A stretch of 64,000 bases of DNA from contig JBEKWR010000001.1 in assembly GCA_049512935.1 (NCBI GenBank), positions 32,001 through 96,000 of the forward strand, in the 5' to 3' direction. Below are positions 57,155 through 64,000 of this stretch, one piece after another. Numbering within the stretch: the first letter of the stretch is position 1; every line of letters starts with the position of its first letter. The notes under the pieces were generated by a model. The model searched no databases. It had not been told where the DNA came from and saw only the letters and a list, made by a program, of their open reading frames with translations. This stretch comes from Candidatus Bathyarchaeia archaeon. Lineage in GTDB: Archaea; Thermoproteota; Bathyarchaeia; Bathyarchaeales; Bathycorpusculaceae. Both the position numbers and the translations under genes were made by a program.

Positions 57155-58102
57155 TTGGCTAGAAGAATAAGAAGGACTCCTCAGAAAAAAATGTCGTTAA
57201 TAAGAAATTGCACAATGGGATCATTAAACAAGCCCATTGCAAAGATAACGCCCGGTGAAACGGTTGAAGTGGAAACGTGGGATGCTAGGGGTAATATCGT
57301 GAGACCCGGTCAAACTCTGGAAGATGCGTTTCAGAAAGGCCTTCAACGCTATACAAATCCTATCACAGGTCCCATCTACGTTGAAGGCGCTGAGTCAGGA
57401 GATGCTCTAAAGATCGAGATAATCAACATCAAGCTCCCAGACGTTGGCTGGACCGCTGTTATTCCTGGATTTGGCGGGCTTGAGGGTTGGCTTCAATTAT
57501 CTCCATCTGTAACAAAGTTTTCAAAGATCAATGGCGGAAAGATCATTTACGCGTTGAATGACGGGAGGTCAATTGAAATTCCGGCCAAACCCTTCATTGG
57601 AACGATTGGTGTTTCACCAGAATTTGAGGCTGTCTCTACAGTTGTTCCAGGAAGACACGGCGGAAATATGGATGTTCCCGACATCTGCGTTGGTAGCACG
57701 CTATACCTTCCCGTGGCGGTTGATGGAGCACTTCTTGGGTTAGGTGATGTTCACGCAGTTCAAGGAGACGGAGAAATCTGTGGAACTGCGATGGAAGTTT
57801 CCGCAAAGGTTACACTAAAGGTCGAGTTGGAAAAAAACAAAAAGTTGGACTGGCCACGCGTCGAATCAAAGGACGAAATCATGTCTATCTGCAGTGCCAA
57901 ACCGCTTGAGGATGCAGTTAGATTAGCTTTTCTCGAACTGATAAAGTGGTTAGAGACAGACTACGGTTTTGAACGCTACGATGCCTACATGTTTCTAAGC
58001 TTAGCGGCAGAAGCGAGAATCGCCCAAATTGTCGATCCCCTGTTTACTGTTGTCGCAAAGCTACCGAAGAATATACTGCCGAAAAGCAGGAATCCTAAAT
58101 GA
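57155..58102 (+). CDS. Acetamidase/formamidase family protein
   Basis: NPITGPIYVEGAE.GD, HGGNMD, GDVHAVQGDGE. Confidence 0.92.
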   Translation: MARRIRRTPQKKMSLIRNCTMGSLNKPIAKITPGETVEVETWDARGNIVRPGQTLEDAFQKGLQRYTNPITGPIYVEGAESGDALKIEIINIKLPDVGWTAVIPGFGGLEGWLQLSPSVTKFSKINGGKIIYALNDGRSIEIPAKPFIGTIGVSPEFEAVSTVVPGRHGGNMDVPDICVGSTLYLPVAVDGALLGLGDVHAVQGDGEICGTAMEVSAKVTLKVELEKNKKLDWPRVESKDEIMSICSAKPLEDAVRLAFLELIKWLETDYGFERYDAYMFLSLAAEARIAQIVDPLFTVVAKLPKNILPKSRNPK

Positions 58103-58185
58103 CAGAAGACTAAACTTTGATCGAGCCGCGCGTAAATTTATCTGTCTTGAAAGCAGACTGTTGAATAAGAAAACGTCAACTTAAG

Positions 58186-59106
58186 GTGAGCCAAATGCTA
58201 GATGGAAAATTTAACAGTAATCAAAAGCCCTATGCAAATGAGACCATGAAGCTGCTTTTTGAACGATCGAGCTGCCGGAGTTTTCTAGACAAGACAATTC
58301 CGCAAGAAGTCCTAAACGCGGTTCTTGAAGCAGGGACTCATTCAGCCAGTGCAGGAAACCTTCAACCATATTCCATCATAAAAATCGAAAAACTTGAAAA
58401 CAGGCTGAAACTAGCAGAGATGTGCGGTCAGAGTTTCATAGGGAAAGCTCCAGTGCTTCTGCTGTTCTGCCTCGATCTTCACCGCAACGAACGATGGGCG
58501 AAACTTGAGGTCGCGCCCTTCACGGCGACAAGTTCCTTTCGTCATTTTTGGGTATCTTTTCAGGACACGATTATCTGCGCACAGAACATCTGCACGGCTG
58601 CCGATTCAATGGGACTCGGATCAGTGTACATTGGCACCGTGATCGATTATCCAGCAGATATTAAGAGGATGTTCAAACTGCCGAAAGGCGTTTTTCCCGT
58701 CGTCCTATTGTGCCTGGGATATCCTAAAGTGAGACCGAAACCGGCCAATAAACTGGGCCCTGAAGTGGTAGTTCACTCAGAATACTACAGCCAGATGGAG
58801 GATCAACAGCTTCTGTCGGCTTACAGCAAAAAGTACAAAGACGAAAAATTGCAATTGACAGATGAAAGAATGGAAAAAATACTTCAGGTCTGTCGAAGTG
58901 TTCACGGACGAGAATTTGAAGAAAAGTGCGCTGAAAGAATGAAAAAAGATGGATTTGTGAACAGAGCACAGCATTACTTTGGACTGCACTACAGAGCTGA
59001 CCTTATGCCTGAAGGAAACGATCAGTATCTCAAAATCATGGAGGAATCGGGATTCAACTGGTTCAAGAAGTATAACCCAACAATTCCTTCTGCCCCGATG
59101 ATCTAG
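58186..59106 (+). CDS. Nitroreductase family protein
   Basis: RSSCRSF, SAGNLQPY, GLGSVYIG, LCLGYP. Confidence 0.92.
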   Translation: MSQMLDGKFNSNQKPYANETMKLLFERSSCRSFLDKTIPQEVLNAVLEAGTHSASAGNLQPYSIIKIEKLENRLKLAEMCGQSFIGKAPVLLLFCLDLHRNERWAKLEVAPFTATSSFRHFWVSFQDTIICAQNICTAADSMGLGSVYIGTVIDYPADIKRMFKLPKGVFPVVLLCLGYPKVRPKPANKLGPEVVVHSEYYSQMEDQQLLSAYSKKYKDEKLQLTDERMEKILQVCRSVHGREFEEKCAERMKKDGFVNRAQHYFGLHYRADLMPEGNDQYLKIMEESGFNWFKKYNPTIPSAPMI

Positions 59107-59292
59107 CTACCCGAATGACTTGTACACGTTTGTGAGCCCGCGCGATAGGTATGGAGTTTCTGAGGACACGCGCGCCAAACCACTCTTTTTCCTCAGGTAA
59201 CATGGCGTAAAGTCGTCGTGGTCGTCGTTGGTTGGATTAAAATTTAATCCCAAAACAAGCCCAAATGACATAATTAAGACTAAATCAATAAC

Positions 59293-59345
59293 TGCGGCGG
59301 CGGGGGAAGGATTTGAACCCTCAACCCAGAAAATAGGGGGCTGAC
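59293..59345 (-). other. Isolated tRNA-like 3' fragment
   Basis: Reverse complement GAGGG-TTCAAAT-CCTTC-CCCCGCC-G forms a T arm plus acceptor strand; no 5' half adjacent. Confidence 0.5.
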
Positions 59346-59397
59346 CAAGCGAAGGGATTATATGGGCAGTGGTGGTAATGGTATATGGTGTTGCCAT

Positions 59398-59634
59398 TTG
59401 GAAGTTGCCATTGACAAGCAAGGACGCATCGTCATACCGAAAGAGATTAGGGAAAAATATGGTCTTTCAGAGGAAGGTAAACTGGAGTTGGTAGCCCGAG
59501 AAGACGCAATCGAGCTGATTCCACTGACTAAAGAAGACGATTTGGCAATTCGTTCTCTAAGAGAGCCTTGCAAAACTGGCAACTCAGAAGCACGTGATAA
59601 GGCTTTCTCGCGGGAGAATGCTTGGAAACGATGA
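59398..59634 (+). CDS. AbrB/MazE-family antitoxin
   Basis: IDKQGRIVIPKEIREKYG. Confidence 0.9.
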   Translation: MEVAIDKQGRIVIPKEIREKYGLSEEGKLELVAREDAIELIPLTKEDDLAIRSLREPCKTGNSEARDKAFSRENAWKR

Positions 59635-60077
59635 GGATAATCGACGCGGATATCCTTTCCTATGCTCTCTTCCAGAAACATGATGCTCACCAGTATTGTT
59701 GGTCACTGTTGCAGAATGCAATTTACGGAAAAATGAGCGCCGCAATCGCGACTGCAAATCTGCTGGAAGCATATCACGCATTAGTAGAAGATTATGGTGT
59801 GGAAAGGGAAGAAGCATCATACAAACTTGATGCGCTGACTAGAAGTACAAGAATACGATTTCTTCCCTTAACGGTTGATATTGCCCGAAAAGCCCTGGAA
59901 ATAGCCAAGCTTCACAAGGTCAGGTCGTTTGACGCGAACCTTATAGCTTCTGCAGAAATAAATGGGATATCCGTGATCGTAAGCAACGACGCCCACGTCG
60001 CTAGACTATGCAGGGAGCGAGGTCTCATTATCGAAAATCCGATACCTAAAGAAGCGGCAAGGAAAATGCGGCTTTAG
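59631..60077 (+). CDS. VapC PIN-domain toxin (intact)
   Basis: IIDADI, LLE, SFDA, SND acidic residues; ATGA coupling. Confidence 0.9.
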   Translation: MRIIDADILSYALFQKHDAHQYCWSLLQNAIYGKMSAAIATANLLEAYHALVEDYGVEREEASYKLDALTRSTRIRFLPLTVDIARKALEIAKLHKVRSFDANLIASAEINGISVIVSNDAHVARLCRERGLIIENPIPKEAARKMRL

Positions 60078-60084
60078 AGCGCGC

Positions 60085-60537
60085 TCAAGAAAATGCTCCG
60101 GCTGCGTTAGGGGCGCCTTCAGGTATGAATTGTGTGATGTCCCAGTACTCGACGATTTTGTCGCCCATGAATCGGAAAAGGTGAATCTGCCGCAACCCGC
60201 CTGCTTCTGGGTTGGAACTGGACAGTGTCGTGTGCACTGCAACGAGGTCACCTTCAGCGAGCACCTGCCGCACAGAGAGTTTAAAGTCAGCTGTTGAACC
60301 CTTCACTATTCCTCCGCTGCCCTGCTTCTGCACCGCGATCATCGCGTCTGTTAACGCTTCCATGTTGCCAGCGGTGTAGGGATTATGCGTTATGCAGTCA
60401 GGGGCGAAGAAGACCAAGCCGTCTTTGGGTCTACCGGCTGTAATTAAGCTTAGAAACTTAATTGCGGCTTCCTTGCGGAGCTTATGCACATCGTTTTCAG
60501 CCACCTCAAAAAGCAGTTCGTTATCCATGCTTGTCAC
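60085..60537 (-). CDS. SnoaL/NTF2-like protein
   Basis: THNP, AEGDLVAVH, FRF..DKIVEYWD. Confidence 0.85.
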   Translation of the reverse strand: MTSMDNELLFEVAENDVHKLRKEAAIKFLSLITAGRPKDGLVFFAPDCITHNPYTAGNMEALTDAMIAVQKQGSGGIVKGSTADFKLSVRQVLAEGDLVAVHTTLSSSNPEAGGLRQIHLFRFMGDKIVEYWDITQFIPEGAPNAAGAFS

Positions 60538-60773
60538 ATTAAAAACGTGCCGTTAAACGTAGTTAAATATTCCTAGCAAAATTCCATCGGTAGCTTGCCC
60601 CTTCGCCGAAACAGGAAGAAACACCCGAAGCTTTCAGGCTCAGCGCCCCGTTTTGAAGGCGCCGCCGCCAGCAACCTAAAGATAAAGTCGCAGCCCACCG
60701 AAGCCTTCAAGCTGCCCTAATTTTTGGAAGCTGAAACCTAAGCAACCCCTAAACCGAAGCCCTAATCGGAAAC

Positions 60774-60953
60774 CCGCCCATAACCGACAATGCCGTCAAC
60801 ATGGGGTCAACATGGAAAGTCGCAATCCGCCCATAGCAAAGTCGCAACGTTCTTGCAAAAGCAAAGCCTAAACCAAGAAAGCAACATGAAAAGCAACCTG
60901 CCGCCCGCGAAAGTCGCAACTTATCCATAGCAAAAGTCGCAACTTAAAAAAAA
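60774..60953. repeat. 180-bp dispersed element, copy 2
   Basis: Colinear with 2894-3073; boxes at about 60816, 60838, 60910 and 60933. Confidence 0.85.
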
Positions 60954-61094
60954 TAGAAAAAACAAACAAAACGTCGCAAAACCCAAAAAAACCAGATTCA
61001 GCAAGAAAACAAACCATGGCAAATTTCCTTAATCAGGCAAGAACAGTTTTATTGTAGGAAGTTCCATTATTATGAGCTAAGGGAACATTAGACT

Positions 61095-61607
61095 ATGTTA
61101 TCGACCATTGACGACGCAACTTTGATGAAGGTTGCCATGGCACTAGGAGAAGAAGAAGCCGTCAAACTTATCGAGTACCTAAAAGGCGTAGACGAAATAA
61201 CCGACGACGAAATAGCCAACAAAACAGGCATCCGCCTAAACAGCGTACGCAAAATCCTCTACAAACTCTACGACCACAGCCTAGTAAGCCTCAGAAGAAC
61301 ACGAGACCCAAAAACAGGCTGGTTCATCTTCCACTGGAAACTACAACCTGACCAGCTAGAAGGATTCATCCTAAGCCAAAAAAGACGCGTCCTAGAAAAA
61401 CTCAACGTCAGGCTGGAATACGAAAAAAACCACGACTTCTACTACTGCGGAAGCCCAGAATGCAAACGCGTCCCATTCGAAGAAGCCGTTGAGCTGGTTT
61501 TCCACTGCTCAGGCTGCGGCAAACCACTCGTGCATTTCGCAAACGAAAAAATGATAACCAAACTCTCCGAAAAAGTCGACCTGCTAAGGAAGGAACTCGG
61601 TGAGTAA
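61095..61607 (+). CDS. tfe: Transcription factor E (alpha)
   Basis: TDDEIA...VRKILYKL...GWFIFHW wHTH, Zn ribbon, FEEA...FHC. Confidence 0.95.
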   Translation: MLSTIDDATLMKVAMALGEEEAVKLIEYLKGVDEITDDEIANKTGIRLNSVRKILYKLYDHSLVSLRRTRDPKTGWFIFHWKLQPDQLEGFILSQKRRVLEKLNVRLEYEKNHDFYYCGSPECKRVPFEEAVELVFHCSGCGKPLVHFANEKMITKLSEKVDLLRKELGE

Positions 61608-62130
61608 TCCGCTTCCTTCAAGGGAGCAAGCAATCAAACTTCTCCGAAAAAACAATTGTCCACCGCAAGTCATCAGCCACTGCAAAGCCGTTGCAGACCT
61701 GTCTTTAGAAATAGGAAGCCAACTCCAAAAAAAAGGCTTAAAACTGGATATGAAACTTGTCGAAGCAGGCGCACTTTTACACGACATAGGCCGTTCAAAA
61801 ACAAACACAGTCGACCACGGCATGATAGGCGCCCAAATCGCCCAGTCAGAAGGACTGCCCGAACCAGTTGTCAACGTAATTAAGAGGCATGTCGGCGGCG
61901 GAATCACGGCTGAAGAAGCAGCTGGGTTTGGTTGGCCAAAAGATGTTTACGTGCCGCTTAGTTTGGAGGAGAAAATCGTTTCATACTCTGACAAGCTGAT
62001 TGATAACCATAGAAAAGGGCGTGTTTCCATCGACGTTGAGGTTGATCGTCTTTTAGCAAATGGGCACAGAGACGCGGCGGAAAGAGTTAGAAAGCTTCAT
62101 GAAGAAATGACCACTTTGCTGGGTAACTGA
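61600..62130 (+). CDS. HD-domain (HDIG) phosphohydrolase
   Basis: HC, LLHDIGR, RHVGGGI, EEKIVSYSDKL. Confidence 0.9.
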   Translation: MSNPLPSREQAIKLLRKNNCPPQVISHCKAVADLSLEIGSQLQKKGLKLDMKLVEAGALLHDIGRSKTNTVDHGMIGAQIAQSEGLPEPVVNVIKRHVGGGITAEEAAGFGWPKDVYVPLSLEEKIVSYSDKLIDNHRKGRVSIDVEVDRLLANGHRDAAERVRKLHEEMTTLLGN

Positions 62131-62132
62131 AC

Positions 62133-62876
62133 ATGACCGTTTTAACTCTGCTTGTGAAAGCGCGCAATTCGGGGCAACTGAAACGGGTAGATGACCTTTT
62201 GAAGGCCGAGTTTGAAAACTTGGATTTAGACTTTAAAGTCTTAGGCGCTCCAGTTAACTGTTGGGTGCAGGTTTCTCTTTCAGGAGAAGATGAAGTGTTA
62301 GCTACAAACTACATCAACAAGGAAATAGGCATCTGCCCTGTGAGCGCAAAAAGAGTCGAAAAATCCTCAAACCTCAAAGGATACATCACAAAACTCGACT
62401 TGACCAAAAACGAGTTGATGGTAGACGTCGGCATTTTTGAACCAGAAATAACCCTAGCAACAGTCCCTCTGGCGAATTTGCAGGCTCAACTTGCAAGGGG
62501 AAAAAAGGCTGACTTGAAAAAAATCGTCGAAGTCTACGGGTTACGGGAGAATTTGCCGTTGAACGTGAAAATCGTCAGTTTAGGCGGGGAGAGCGAAGAC
62601 GCAAGGTTGCAAGCTGAACTATCAACGGTTCAGACTGAAAAAATGTTTCTGTGGCAGCATTCGCTTTTGGATAGGCTGATCGTTTTAGGCGCAACTGACG
62701 AAGAGATCGAGTCGGTGCTGGCGCGAACAGGACTTAACAGGGACGTTATTGACGCTGAGCGGCTAGGAATGTTTGAATACGCTTTAACGTGCAAATTTGG
62801 GACTGAAGCGGCAGGCTTGATTCCGAAGTTGGGTCGGTACATGCGGTATGCCGTTTTTGTCGTTTTTGCCCCATGA
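62133..62876 (+). CDS. DUF2110-like conserved archaeal protein
   Basis: SGEDE..A.N, CK.GTEAAGLI..LG; follows tfe and the HD gene. Confidence 0.7.
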   Translation: MTVLTLLVKARNSGQLKRVDDLLKAEFENLDLDFKVLGAPVNCWVQVSLSGEDEVLATNYINKEIGICPVSAKRVEKSSNLKGYITKLDLTKNELMVDVGIFEPEITLATVPLANLQAQLARGKKADLKKIVEVYGLRENLPLNVKIVSLGGESEDARLQAELSTVQTEKMFLWQHSLLDRLIVLGATDEEIESVLARTGLNRDVIDAERLGMFEYALTCKFGTEAAGLIPKLGRYMRYAVFVVFAP

Positions 62877-62954
62877 AAGTGTTTGGCTTTATCGGTGAAT
62901 CGCCATTAACCTTATAAGTATTTTCAAATTATAGGTAAATAATCTGTTACCTGA

Positions 62955-63152
62955 ATGAGTCTAACAGGAGAGGGGGAGATAGAACATATGAGTGAACCAG
63001 ACGACCGAGGGGAGAGAAGAAAATACAGGATCGATATAGGAGCTTATGGCAGCATAGGCATAGAAGCACCAACCAAAAAGGAGTGCTTGGAACTGTTCAT
63101 GGAAGTCACGAAAACAAAACGTGACTCAAGGATAGACGAAGCAATCAGATAA
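62955..63152 (+). CDS. Small hypothetical protein
   Basis: Purine-rich coding-like ORF; SD-like GAGGGG before the internal ATG at 62988. Confidence 0.55.
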   Translation: MSLTGEGEIEHMSEPDDRGERRKYRIDIGAYGSIGIEAPTKKECLELFMEVTKTKRDSRIDEAIR

Positions 63153-63242
63153 GCAACAGAATTAAGTCAAGCGCCAGCATGCTTCTGTTTTTTTCTTCAA
63201 AGGAGGTGGAGATGAAAAAATGGCTGGCGTGCCTTTATTTTT

Positions 63243-63398
63243 CTAGAGAACGTCGTGTTCTTCTTTGCAGTGTGCATTATAGTCTTTTTTGTTGTCGTAG
63301 ACTTGTTGGTCTAAGGGGCACTTGAACTTTTTATCGGCTGTCATTTCAGGTTTAGGTCTGGTGATGTTTGATTTTTCTCTTGATCGCTTTGCTGCCAA
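63243..63398 (-). CDS. 51-aa C2H2-like zinc-finger microprotein (absent from the ORF track)
   Basis: SD GAGGTGA, TTG start; MAAKRSREKSNITRPKPEMTADKKFKCPLDQQVYDNKKDYNAHCKEEHDVL. Confidence 0.7.
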   Translation of the reverse strand: MAAKRSREKSNITRPKPEMTADKKFKCPLDQQVYDNKKDYNAHCKEEHDVL

Positions 63399-63515
63399 AA
63401 GTTATCACCTCGTCGTGGCTTTAATGGAAACTTAAGGCGTGAACTAATAACGTTATGTGACTGTACAGGCACAGCAACAATCATTTTGGGATGGAATGGC
63501 CAAAGTGCTGATGGA

Positions 63516-63926
63516 CTATTGAGTTTCTTTTAGTGCCTCTTTGAGCTGGTCGAAACTCTTCACCACCTTGTCGGAGTGCGCGATTATCCATGGGCTTAGG
63601 CAGTTGATTTCTGAAACTACAATGATTTTCTTGCCCCTGCGTTTGGCGTAAAACAGTTCCATGCATGCTCCAGCCGAGAGTATGGGCAGGTAAACCACCA
63701 TGATGTCGCATCGGTCGGCGTCGTCAAGGTCCCGCTGGATAAAGTCGAATGTAGGAACCTTATCCCACCAGCATCTTTCGTCTCCGTTGTAGAGGACTTT
63801 TTCCCTGTTCCACGGGTCGATAACCTCAAACCCCGCGCTGTTGAGGATGTCGGTTATTTTTGTCCTGTATTCCTGATGGTTTTCCATGCCCAGAATCGGG
63901 CCTGAAATGAAAACTTTCTTCGTCAT
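63516..63926 (-). CDS. Nucleoside 2-deoxyribosyltransferase-like protein
   Basis: VFISGPI, VIDPW, RDL...CD, SAGACMEL.YA; SD GGAGGT before ATG 63926. Confidence 0.85.
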   Translation of the reverse strand: MTKKVFISGPILGMENHQEYRTKITDILNSAGFEVIDPWNREKVLYNGDERCWWDKVPTFDFIQRDLDDADRCDIMVVYLPILSAGACMELFYAKRRGKKIIVVSEINCLSPWIIAHSDKVVKSFDQLKEALKETQ

Positions 63927-64000
63927 GATGGCTACCTCCGCAGTTTGCTTCCAACACGTCTGCGTCTTGTTTGCATGGATATTCAACTCTGGTTTTTCTT

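Overview
Archaeal chromosomal segment, most likely Bathyarchaeia. This is an inference from TFB, TFE, aIF1/SUI1, NAC, MBF1, aTrm56, archaeal-type ThrRS, frequent GTG/TTG starts and the secreted-protein families present. The core content is a his operon lacking hisE, thrS, ilvE, ino1, trxB, acdA, ribK, hflX, gcvH, a glucan phosphorylase and four tRNAs (Gln-UUG, Ile2-CAU, iMet, Val-UAC). Many toxin-antitoxin modules are scattered through it, several with decayed toxins or next to duplicated tRNA 3' ends. The standout is an AT-rich island at about 32.0-37.5 kb. It holds a three-gene ubiquitin-like operon: a multi-ubiquitin-type Ubl ending in TDKS with no C-terminal Gly, an E2-like/E1(ThiF) fusion and a DUF6527-like Cys/His protein. 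This operon converges on a wHTH + HEPN-like RNase gene pair, and a GNAT gene and an RHH-zinc-finger gene lie alongside. Also seen: a modular family of dispersed intergenic repeats, a 180-bp iteron-like element in front of both aIF1 and TFE, two genes whose expected start codon is ACG, and a small zinc-finger gene missed by the ORF track. All family calls are from motif recognition by eye; no searches were run.
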